A stretch of 25,060 nt of DNA from the IMG/VR virus record IMGVR_UViG_3300049173_000007, positions 1 through 25,060 of that record, one strand, 5' to 3'. The position numbers and the translations under genes were made by a program. Source of the DNA: a virus. Taxonomy: Duplodnaviria; Caudoviricetes. How positions within the stretch are numbered: position 1 is the first letter of the stretch; every line of letters begins with the position of its first letter. The notes below the pieces were generated by a model. It had not been told where the DNA came from. It worked only from the letters and a program-made list of their open reading frames with translations, and made no database searches. Below, one piece after another: positions 8,641 through 15,954 of the stretch.

Positions 8641-9053
8641 TCCACGCTTTCGTCCCGGGCACACCAGTCCCGCAAGGCTCCGTGGACGTCTACCGCGGCC
8701 GCATCGTCTCCGTGAAGGCGCCCCTCCGGAAATGGCGGGACAGCATCCGCGCCGCAACCATGGCCCGGCACGAGGGCGAACCACTCGACGGGCCAATCAC
8801 CGTCGCCCTCGCCTTCCAACTCGTGCCACCCAAACGGCCCAGATGGTGGGCGCCGGCAGTCAAACCAGACCTGGACAAGCTCATCCGTGCCGTCCTCGAC
8901 TCGCTCTCCACCACCAAGGACCGCAAGACCAAGGCCAGCATCCGAGGTGTCATCACCGACGATGCCCGCATCATCCACATCACCGCCGCAAAGGCCTACC
9001 ACGGCACACCCGGCGTAATGATCACCATCAGCCAAGCAGGAGAACACCAATGA
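8637..9053 (+). CDS. rusA: RusA-family Holliday junction resolvase
   Basis: VPGTPVPQGS N-terminus and catalytic KPDLDKL..AVLDSL...DDARI. Confidence 0.88.
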   Translation: MIHAFVPGTPVPQGSVDVYRGRIVSVKAPLRKWRDSIRAATMARHEGEPLDGPITVALAFQLVPPKRPRWWAPAVKPDLDKLIRAVLDSLSTTKDRKTKASIRGVITDDARIIHITAAKAYHGTPGVMITISQAGEHQ

Positions 9054-9322
9054 ATCATCCAGAGAAATGCGACCGCTGCGGAGCCAAAGTAACCGAAGGG
9101 CTCCCGCGTCCCGGCCTGACCAGATTCTTCGGGAAGGTCACCCGCGACACGTGGCGGATCCGATTCAACTACCTGCGCATGAACAGCTGGGAAAACGCGG
9201 TAACAGCCAGCGACGTCATCGCCTCCAGCACATGGACCGAAGTGACCCTATGCGATAGCTGCTGGGGCGACGTGCTCAGCTTCGTCAACAAGAAGATCGA
9301 CGCCCGGTTGGGGAACCGATGA
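9050..9322 (+). CDS. Hypothetical Zn-ribbon protein
   Basis: MNHPEKCDRC...LCDSC. AGGAG RBS and ATGA overlaps. Confidence 0.65.
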   Translation: MNHPEKCDRCGAKVTEGLPRPGLTRFFGKVTRDTWRIRFNYLRMNSWENAVTASDVIASSTWTEVTLCDSCWGDVLSFVNKKIDARLGNR

Positions 9323-9549
9323 CCGCTCTACGGAAACCATCATTCGTTGGCGCCAACGATGCGGACCCGAAACGCCCGCAGGTCTTCAACGCCAGATACC
9401 TGCCCATGGAGGGCAGGCGAGCGCTGGGCACCAGCACCGACCCGAAGCCATGGCACGTCAGCCTCGACTCCGTAACCGAGAAGCAGTTCCGCAGACACGC
9501 CAAGGCCATCACCTACGCAAACAAGCTCGCCCAGAAGAGGAAGAAATGA
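9319..9549 (+). CDS. Hypothetical basic protein
   Basis: 76 aa, ATGA coupling at both ends. Confidence 0.6.
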   Translation: MTALRKPSFVGANDADPKRPQVFNARYLPMEGRRALGTSTDPKPWHVSLDSVTEKQFRRHAKAITYANKLAQKRKK

Positions 9550-9815
9550 GCAACAACCCATACGAGGCTGTAGAAGCACTGATGGCCCCGGCCGTCATGA
9601 TCGCACCGGGCCAAGCCTTCGACGGGACGGAATTCCCGCCCTCCGAGCACAACATCGAGATGGCCAAGGTCTGGGCTGCCATGGCCGTCGCCTACGAGCA
9701 GCGCACCGCCAACCTCATCGCACTGGCCCAGATGGAGCACCGGAACAGTTCGGGCATCGGTTTCCATGAGGACTACGACATCGCCACCATCCACGAAAGG
9801 CTGGGGATGGAATGA
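9546..9815 (+). CDS. Hypothetical protein
   Basis: MSNNPYEAVEAL...AVAYEQRTANLIA. RBS AGAGGA and ATGA overlaps. Confidence 0.7.
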   Translation: MSNNPYEAVEALMAPAVMIAPGQAFDGTEFPPSEHNIEMAKVWAAMAVAYEQRTANLIALAQMEHRNSSGIGFHEDYDIATIHERLGME

Positions 9816-10411
9816 GCCAAGAATGCACCACCACCGACTGCCAAAACCACACCAGCACCTACCTCTGCACCAGCTGCGTCCGCGACCTCCAAGCCTGGCT
9901 CGACATGATCCCCGACCTCATCCGGGCACTCAACGTCACCATCGCCATGCTCGACAACACCCGGCCAGCCGGCGGCGGATGGAACAGCGGCGGTGAGCCC
10001 GGCAGTGCCGCACCCATCAACCTCGACGCCCTCCAAATCCAGGAGAACCTGAAAAGCGTGGGCAGCGACGCGAAAGCCTACGCCCAAGACTCGCGCGCCG
10101 CAGGCCTCGCATGGATCATCCAAGACTGGGTAACCAAAGCCGAAATGCTCGTCAGCGGACCAGAAGACCCACCCATCAACCACGCCGCCAACCGCGAACG
10201 AGTCCGCAACATCGCACCACCCATGCCAACCCGCAAACTCCTGCCCTGGCTACGACAGAACGCCAAGGTCACCATCACCAGCAAAGACATCAGGAACTGG
10301 GCGTTCCGAGGGAAACTCAAAGCCGTAGAGCAGACACCGCAGCCAACCTACAACCCACACGAAGTACTCAACGTCTGGTACGAAACACGACACGAAGAAA
10401 GCGTCGCCTGA
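9812..10411 (+). CDS. Putative late-gene regulator (N-terminal Zn finger, C-terminal wHTH)
   Basis: CTTTDC...LCTSC and ITSKDIRNWAFRGKL (Xis/MerR-like HTH). Last gene of the early block, directly before a promoter-terminator. Confidence 0.55.
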   Translation: MSQECTTTDCQNHTSTYLCTSCVRDLQAWLDMIPDLIRALNVTIAMLDNTRPAGGGWNSGGEPGSAAPINLDALQIQENLKSVGSDAKAYAQDSRAAGLAWIIQDWVTKAEMLVSGPEDPPINHAANRERVRNIAPPMPTRKLLPWLRQNAKVTITSKDIRNWAFRGKLKAVEQTPQPTYNPHEVLNVWYETRHEESVA

Positions 10412-10426
10412 ACCGGCGCAGGAATG

Positions 10427-10435
10427 TGTTAAAGT
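10427..10435 (+). promoter_or_regulatory. Candidate extended -10 late promoter (TGnTAAAGT)
   Basis: TG-T-TAAAGT in a locally AT-rich patch. No recognisable -35. Confidence 0.45.
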
Positions 10436-10468
10436 GTCTCACGTGGGCGTGTTCAGCGACCCGCAAAC

Positions 10469-10501
10469 AAAGCCGCACCTGATGAGCAGGGCGGCTTTTT
10501 T
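10469..10501 (+). terminator. Intrinsic terminator
   Basis: AAAGCCGC-A-CCTG-ATGAG-CAGG-GCGGCTTT stem ending in a T6 run. Confidence 0.85.
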
Positions 10502-10522
10502 CATGACCGGAATCTTCCACCC

Positions 10523-10770
10523 GGGACCATGGAGGTCACCATCTGCCGCGCTGGCTTACGCGCACGGCCATCGCTGAGAAGCAGACGGCCCCCAAACTTG
10601 GAGCCCCGCCAACCCCCATGCGGCGGGGCTCCAACACGTACCATGCTGACCGGCACACGGAGGCATGGGAACAGCCGCCGAACTTATAACGCCGGTAAAC
10701 ACTTAGGCCGGAACGGGTGCCCCATCCGAGAAGGGGCTAGGCGGCCAAACTTTACCCGCGCAACGGCGGG
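10523..10770 (+). ncRNA. Putative structured ncRNA or leader with multiple hairpins
   Basis: Perfect 13-bp stem 10598-10610/10622-10634; CCATGC/GCATGG at 10641/10663; multibranch closed by GCCGCC/GGCGGC at 10674/10740; possible pseudoknot 10547-10570. Confidence 0.45.
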
Positions 10771-10840
10771 CGACCGTTGCAACGGTAGCGCTGCCTTGAC
10801 GACCTGAGATGGTCGAGCGGTTCGAATCCGCCCCAGCCCA
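10768..10840 (+). pseudogene. Degenerate tRNA or tRNA-like element
   Basis: 73 nt. Intact T arm GCGG-TTCGAAT-CCGC, D arm-like TGC-AACGGTA-GCG, GGGC/GCCC acceptor end with discriminator A. The anticodon arm is not canonical. Confidence 0.55.
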
Positions 10841-10888
10841 CTTGATCGAACACCCCCTTCCCTATCCACGAAAGGCAGGCACAGGCAA

Positions 10889-11329
10889 ATGGCCGTTACA
10901 GCGCAAATGTTTGGCGGTTTCTTGCAGTCGCTCGCCAACAAAGAAATCAAGCTCGACACCGACACGTTGAAGGTGATGCTGTGCACGTCGGCCTACACGC
11001 CGAACCAGGACACCCACCGCTACAAGTCCTCCGTGACCAACGAAGTCACAGGCGCGGGCTACACGGCAGGCGGTGCGACACTGGCGGGCGTTGCGGTGAC
11101 CTACACGGCAGGCACCAACACGCTGATGCTGGACGCCAACGACCCGTCGTGGGCCAGCTCCACGATCACGGCCCGTTACGCAGTCTTCTACGACTCAACC
11201 CCGGCAACGGATGCAACCCGGCCACTCATCTCGTTCGTGGACTTCGGCGCTGACGTGACCTCCACCAACGGCCCCTACACAGTCGCCGTTGACGCTGCCG
11301 GTATCGTCACGCTCACTGCCGCCCCGTAA
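10889..11329 (+). CDS. Putative virion structural protein (fibre-associated family)
   Basis: LDTDTLKVML..SAYTP..NEVTGAGYTAGG..ITARYAVFYD..LISFVDFG resembles small phage proteins usually found beside tail-fibre genes. Confidence 0.7.
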   Translation: MAVTAQMFGGFLQSLANKEIKLDTDTLKVMLCTSAYTPNQDTHRYKSSVTNEVTGAGYTAGGATLAGVAVTYTAGTNTLMLDANDPSWASSTITARYAVFYDSTPATDATRPLISFVDFGADVTSTNGPYTVAVDAAGIVTLTAAP

Positions 11330-11350
11330 ACCCGACAGGGAGGCCATGCT

Positions 11351-12592
11351 GTGGCTATAGCATTTGGTCTCGCCGGAACCCGCGTCCGAGTCGGCTCAGC
11401 CGGCACAACCTTTGCCGTCCCATACCCTGCCACCGTGAACGCTGATGACCTGCTGGTCATCCACATCATCACGAACGGTATTGCCGTCAATGCGCCGTCT
11501 GGCTGGACCGTCGTTCACAACGAAGCGGCCGTGTCGAACCCCAAGGGCGGCGTCTTCATCAAGAAGGCTGTCGGCGGCGAAACCGGCACCCTGAGCGTCA
11601 CCACCGTTGCGTCATCCACTGGCAATGCGATGATGTTCAGCTATACCGGCGTGGACACCACAAACCCGCTCGACGTTGCCGCCGCGACCGTATCGGACAA
11701 CGTCGGCACCGACACCGTAACGACCCTGCCGTCAATCACGACGGTCACCGCTAACACCATGCTCGTCTACGCAAACGGTGCGAACTCCGGTAGCGCGACC
11801 ATGACAGGCCCGGCCGGCTCCACAGAGCGCGTTGACCAGGGCGCACTTGCCGGGACAGGCGCTAAAGCCGGGGCGCTGTACGACGAACCAGTTGCTGCTA
11901 TCGGCGCGACCAGCACACGAACCATCACACTCTCGGCCGCGTTCAAGGACTGGGGCGCCATTATGGCGTTGCGGCCCGCCTCGACAGGTGGCACGCCGGC
12001 CAACGTGGATGCAGTAGTAGCCACCGGGACCAGCGCGACACCAGCACCCAGCATCTCAGCAGGCGCGAGTGTTGCAGCGGTTGCCTCGAATGGTATCGCT
12101 GCAGCACCGGTTGCGTCCGTGAGTGCAGGAGCTACCGTCACCGCTGTCGCAGCGCAGGGCTCAGGGTCCGCACCCGCACCCACCAGATCGGCAGCCGTCA
12201 ACATTGCCGCTGTCCGGGCTCAGGCGTCCGGTATGGCTCCGGCGCCTACCGTGTCGAGTGCAAGCGCCGCGAACGTATCAGCCATCGTGGCGACCGCTTC
12301 AGGTACAGCGCCAGTGCCAGGCGTTGGTGCAGGCGCGACCATGCTGGCACTCAACGCCTACGCGACTACCTCAGCCCACACACCCGCCGTCATGGGCGGC
12401 GCAACCGTCAGCGCACCCGTGGCAACAGGGACCGCAACAGCAGGCGTCCCACTGGTCAGTGGAGGGACTGCCATGATCGCCACGGACATAACCGTCACCG
12501 GCACACTCGGCCCCAAGCGTTGGGCTGCGAACCTACCCGCACGGACGAAGACGGCAACACTGGGCACGAAACGATGGGCGGGAACGCTATGA
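11351..12592 (+). CDS. Ala/Thr/Val-rich fibre-like virion protein with 22-aa repeats
   Basis: Beta-rich N-terminal domain (DLLVIHI..APSGWT..YTGVDT) followed by seven tandem repeats. GGGAGG RBS. Confidence 0.7.
   Translation: MAIAFGLAGTRVRVGSAGTTFAVPYPATVNADDLLVIHIITNGIAVNAPSGWTVVHNEAAVSNPKGGVFIKKAVGGETGTLSVTTVASSTGNAMMFSYTGVDTTNPLDVAAATVSDNVGTDTVTTLPSITTVTANTMLVYANGANSGSATMTGPAGSTERVDQGALAGTGAKAGALYDEPVAAIGATSTRTITLSAAFKDWGAIMALRPASTGGTPANVDAVVATGTSATPAPSISAGASVAAVASNGIAAAPVASVSAGATVTAVAAQGSGSAPAPTRSAAVNIAAVRAQASGMAPAPTVSSASAANVSAIVATASGTAPVPGVGAGATMLALNAYATTSAHTPAVMGGATVSAPVATGTATAGVPLVSGGTAMIATDITVTGTLGPKRWAANLPARTKTATLGTKRWAGTL
11999..12466 (+). repeat. Seven degenerate 22-aa (66-bp) coding repeats
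   Basis: ANVDAVVATGTSATPAPSISAG / ASVAAVASNGIAAAPVASVSAG / ATVTAVAAQGSGSAPAPTRSAA / ... / ATVSAPVATGTATAGVPLVSGG; one unit is 24 aa. Confidence 0.8.
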
Positions 12593-12846
12593 GCTACGAA
12601 CGCGAGTCCATCGAGTTCCAGCCAATCACCATTACCGTAGACGGCGTGGCAGTCACAACCGGCATACAGGTAGCGCTCACACCCAACGGCACACGGCCCA
12701 CAGTCTGGGACAACCCCGTAACTGTGGCCGGCAAGATCGGCGTCATGGTCCAAGGACTAACGCCCGGCCTCTACACCATCTGGGCCAAGGTCACCAGCGC
12801 AACCGAGACACCCGTACTCAACTGCGGGTACGTGACCGTTACGTAA
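12589..12846 (+). CDS. Small beta-rich (Ig-like?) putative fibre adaptor
   Basis: MSYERESIEF...GLTPGLYTIWAKVTSATETPVLNCGYVTVT, 85 aa. ATGA overlap. Confidence 0.6.
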   Translation: MSYERESIEFQPITITVDGVAVTTGIQVALTPNGTRPTVWDNPVTVAGKIGVMVQGLTPGLYTIWAKVTSATETPVLNCGYVTVT

Positions 12847-12854
12847 GGAGCATC

Positions 12855-13094
12855 ATGTCAGACGCGACACTTCAATCCGTGCATGATGCAATCGCTGCGC
12901 ACATCGCAGACGAGAGCGACGGCGAAACCGTACTACTCACCGACTGGCAACTAACTGCCGCTGCCGCACTCGCTAACAACCATGACCGCACGATGTACTT
13001 CAATGTCGGCACCAACTCGCCCTACCACCACAGGCTAGGGCTCATGTACCGAGGCCTCGAACTACTTGAGGGTGGGACTGAGGAGGACGACTGA
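12855..13094 (+). CDS. Hypothetical acidic protein
   Basis: 79 aa with TAAGGAG RBS. Confidence 0.7.
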   Translation: MSDATLQSVHDAIAAHIADESDGETVLLTDWQLTAAAALANNHDRTMYFNVGTNSPYHHRLGLMYRGLELLEGGTEEDD

Positions 13095-13249
13095 TGGACG
13101 GTCAGACCTGCGACAGGCACGCGAGCGCCAAGGCGCAAGCAAAGGTTACGCTCCCATCCGGCAGCACGCTCTACCTCTGCGGACACTGCGCCAACACACT
13201 CGACCTCGGACCCACGTACCTCATCGAGTACCAAGCCATCACAGTCTGA
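13094..13249 (+). CDS. Small Zn-finger-like protein (51 aa, absent from the ORF track)
   Basis: MDGQTCDRH...LYLCGHCANT...AITV*. GAGGAGG RBS and TGATG overlaps at both ends. Confidence 0.65.
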   Translation: MDGQTCDRHASAKAQAKVTLPSGSTLYLCGHCANTLDLGPTYLIEYQAITV

Positions 13250-13578
13250 TGCCAAGAGCCAAACGCATCTGCGCCAAGGCAGGCTGCCCCAACACAGCAG
13301 ACCGAGGAAGCTACTGCCCACCACACAGGACAGAAGCAGACCAAGCACGAGGCACACGCGAGCAACGAGGCTACGGCCCCGAACACATCGCACTCCGCAA
13401 CCAATGGGCGCCCAAGGTAGCAGCAGGCAACGTCCACTGCGCCAAGTGCAAGCAACCCATCACACCAGGCACACCATGGCACCTCGGCCACACCGATGAC
13501 CGCACCCAATGGACCGGACCCGAGCACCCCCACTGCAACCTCAGCGATGCCGGAAGACGATCCCACCGAACACCTTAG
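13249..13578 (+). CDS. Terminase-associated HNH endonuclease
   Basis: MPRAKRICAKAGC...RGYG...CAKC...WHLGH...PEHPHCN. Located directly before cos/TerS, the HK97 gp74-like position. Confidence 0.82.
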   Translation: MPRAKRICAKAGCPNTADRGSYCPPHRTEADQARGTREQRGYGPEHIALRNQWAPKVAAGNVHCAKCKQPITPGTPWHLGHTDDRTQWTGPEHPHCNLSDAGRRSHRTP

Positions 13579-13582
13579 ACCC

Positions 13583-13602
13583 TGTGGATAACCTGTGGAT
13601 AA
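13583..13602 (-). promoter_or_regulatory. Two perfect tandem DnaA boxes (TTATCCACA x2)
   Basis: TGTGGATAA at 13583-13591 and 13594-13602 on the + strand, 11-bp period. Confidence 0.6.
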
Positions 13603-13642
13603 GGGGTGGGGAGGGGACCCCAAAGGGGGCCGTGTCAAACAC

Positions 13643-13651
13643 CGCCGGTGA
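13643..13651 (+). other. Candidate cos site (3' cohesive end CGCCGGTGA)
   Basis: Lies between HNH and TerS, after a G-run, at a strand-composition switch. Resembles 3' overhangs I recall for Arthrobacter temperate phages (unverified). Confidence 0.55.
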
Positions 13652-13747
13652 GGTCTCTCGATGGTGCGGAGGGTTCAAAACTTTTCAGGGGGCCGGTTTG
13701 ACGCCGGGTTTGCCCCCGTCGCGACGTCTGAACTACGGGAGGTTTCC

Positions 13748-14299
13748 ATGCCTAGTGGCGGCTCTCGTTTGCGTTCTGGCCCGGCGAAGGATCCGAGGTC
13801 TGGGCGTTCTGACCGTCTGGGTTTTTCTGCGATGGCTTTGCCGTCTGAGGGTTTCACTGGCGAGGTTCCGTCATTTCCCCTGGGCAAGGTGAGCGTCTAC
13901 TTCGTCTACAAGGACGACGGTAAGACTGTTCGTGAGCTTGATGAGGATGCTACGCAGGAGCGGTACACGCGGGAGCTCGAGTTGTGGGCGTGGGCTTGGT
14001 CTACGCCGCAGGCTGTTGCGTGGGAGCGTGAGCCGTGGCGCTGGTATTCGGTGGCCATGTGGGTCCGGACTGCCGCGGTGTGTGAGTCTTCCGAGGCCCA
14101 GGCTGCGGACAAGAACTCGCTGCACCGGTTCGCGGATCAGATCGGTCTCACACCGGCTGGCCTCGCTGGAAATGGATGGGCGATTGCCGCCGATCAGGTT
14201 TCCGAGAAGCGCGAAGAGAATGACGTCGACACTGCCACTGCCCCTGCCGGGAAGGCTGCGCCGGTTCGCCGGCTGAGGTCAGTCAATGGCGGCGGATGA
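13748..14299 (+). CDS. terS: Terminase small subunit
   Basis: MPSGGSRLRSGP...WAWAWSTPQA...DQIGLTPAGL actinophage signature. GGGAGG RBS. Confidence 0.85.
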   Translation: MPSGGSRLRSGPAKDPRSGRSDRLGFSAMALPSEGFTGEVPSFPLGKVSVYFVYKDDGKTVRELDEDATQERYTRELELWAWAWSTPQAVAWEREPWRWYSVAMWVRTAAVCESSEAQAADKNSLHRFADQIGLTPAGLAGNGWAIAADQVSEKREENDVDTATAPAGKAAPVRRLRSVNGGG

Positions 14300-15359
14300 G
14301 GGTTTCCTCGTTGACTTCCCCACTCTGGGCGATTTGCTGGATGCTTGGATCGCTCATCATTGCCGCGTCCCGGATGGGTTCGCTCGGGGGGCTGAGTTCA
14401 AGCAGTCTGACTGGCAGTTTTGGTGCACGGCGAATCATTACCGGATCCGTCCGGAGGCGCGCTGGCTTCCTGACCGTCCGCTGCTGAACCAGGCGTTTGT
14501 TTACCGACGCTCGCAGGTGGTCGCACCGCAGAAGACGGGCAAGGGCCCTTGGGCTGCAGCCGTGACGACTGGCGAGGCTGTCGGCCCGTCTGTTTTCAAC
14601 GGGTGGGCTGAGGCTGGCGAGATGTATGAGTGCGCCAATAATGGGTGCTCGTGCGGGTGGGAGTACGAATACCTTGAGGGGGAGCCTAAGGGCATCCGAC
14701 ATCCCTCCCCTCTGATCCAGTTGACGGCCACTTCTGAGGATCAGGTCGATAACATTCTGCGGCCGCTGAAGGCGATGATCCGGCTTGGGCCACTGTCTGA
14801 TCTGTTGCTGATTCGTGAGGACTTTATCCGCATCGTTGGCGAGTCTGGCGATGAGGATATGGACCGGATTGACGCGGTGACGTCGAACGCTCAGTCGAAG
14901 CTTGGTAACCCGATCTCGTTTGCCTTTCAGGATGAGTCTGGCCTGTACACGAAGACGAACAAGATGGTGAAGGTCGCTGAGACTCAGCGCCGCGGTGCTG
15001 CTGGCATGGGCGGCCGAACGATCGAGACTACGAACGCATGGGACCCGGCCGAGAACTCGACGGCCCAGCGTACTTATGAGTCGCAGTCGAAGGATGTTTT
15101 CAAGTTCTTCCGGCAGCCGCCGGCGGAACTGTCCTACGGCAACAAGCGCGACCGGGCCAAGATGCACAAGTTCGTTTACGAGGGTTCGCCGTGGGTGAAT
15201 CTCGACTCGATCGAGGGCGAGGCTTCAGAGCTTATGGAGACAGACCGCGCTCAGGCTGAGCGATTCTTTGGAAACCGCCTCGTGTCCGGGTCTGGTACGT
15301 GGCTGAGGGATGGGTTGTGGGATGCAGCTTACGCAACGACCATGGCTGCCGAATCCTGA
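14286..15359 (+). CDS. terL: Terminase large subunit, ATPase domain
   Basis: Walker A PQKTGKG, ATSEDQ, Walker B FAFQDE, TTNA coupling motif, AERFFGNR. Confidence 0.88.
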   Translation: MAADEGFLVDFPTLGDLLDAWIAHHCRVPDGFARGAEFKQSDWQFWCTANHYRIRPEARWLPDRPLLNQAFVYRRSQVVAPQKTGKGPWAAAVTTGEAVGPSVFNGWAEAGEMYECANNGCSCGWEYEYLEGEPKGIRHPSPLIQLTATSEDQVDNILRPLKAMIRLGPLSDLLLIREDFIRIVGESGDEDMDRIDAVTSNAQSKLGNPISFAFQDESGLYTKTNKMVKVAETQRRGAAGMGGRTIETTNAWDPAENSTAQRTYESQSKDVFKFFRQPPAELSYGNKRDRAKMHKFVYEGSPWVNLDSIEGEASELMETDRAQAERFFGNRLVSGSGTWLRDGLWDAAYATTMAAES

Positions 15360-15939
15360 CAATGGAACATCGATCTGTCTTGGCTTTGATGGGAGTGAGA
15401 ATGACGACTACACCGCCATCCAGGCTGAGACGTTCGATGGTTTCACGTTCACACCCCGCTACGGGCCGGACAGTCGGCCTTCGATCTGGAACCCGGCCGA
15501 ATGGCAGGGCCAGATTCCCCGCGGCGAGGTCCACGCCGCTGTCGATGAGCTTTTTGAACGGTACAAAGTGGAGCGGTTCTATTGCGACCCGCAGGACTGG
15601 TATTCGGAGATTGGCGACTGGTCGCTGAAGTACGGCGAGAACCACGTTTTTGAGTGGGCCACGAACCGCCCCAAGCCCATGTATGCGGAGATCAAGCGCT
15701 TCGAGATTGACCTCTCTACGAAGCGGATCAGCCATGATGGGTGCCCCATAGCTGGCCTGCATATGGCGAACGCCCGCAAGGCTGCCAAGCCGGGGCAAAC
15801 GTACAACCTGATCAAGCCCACTAATCACCAGAAGATCGATGCCGCCATGGCGCGCATCTTGGCGCACACCGCAGCGGCCGATGCCCGCGGCGAAGGCTGG
15901 AATCCCGCACCTAAACGGCGGCGGGTGGTTGTTTCTTAG
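15322..15939 (+). CDS. terL: Terminase large subunit, nuclease domain (separate ORF)
   Basis: RNase H-like ICLGFDGSENDD..T, FYCDP and KIDAAMA motifs. Overlaps the ATPase ORF in the +1 frame; start uncertain (15310 or 15322). Confidence 0.85.
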   Translation: MQLTQRPWLPNPDNGTSICLGFDGSENDDYTAIQAETFDGFTFTPRYGPDSRPSIWNPAEWQGQIPRGEVHAAVDELFERYKVERFYCDPQDWYSEIGDWSLKYGENHVFEWATNRPKPMYAEIKRFEIDLSTKRISHDGCPIAGLHMANARKAAKPGQTYNLIKPTNHQKIDAAMARILAHTAAADARGEGWNPAPKRRRVVVS

Positions 15940-15954
15940 ACGATGGAGGGCCTG

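Noticed and set aside
10479-10486. CTGATGAG hammerhead ribozyme core
   Set aside because: No stem II followed by GAAA. The sequence is the top of the terminator hairpin.
10674-10745. Twister-like look (TAA...GCCGGT...GCCGG)
   Set aside because: The conserved loop and pseudoknot pairings could not be built. Kept only as unassigned structure.
10529-10807. 92-aa + strand ORF in the structured region
   Set aside because: No clear RBS, Arg/Pro-rich composition and it overlaps strong hairpins. Not fully excluded.
10733-10840. tmRNA, suggested by the GGGGCT start and T arm
   Set aside because: Far too short, no tag reading frame and no alanine acceptor end with CCA.
10862-10870. DnaA-box-like CTATCCACG
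   Set aside because: Two mismatches and single; compatible with chance.
10889-12846. Diversity-generating retroelement or invertible fibre locus
   Set aside because: No reverse transcriptase, invertase or near-identical template/variable repeat pair in the window.
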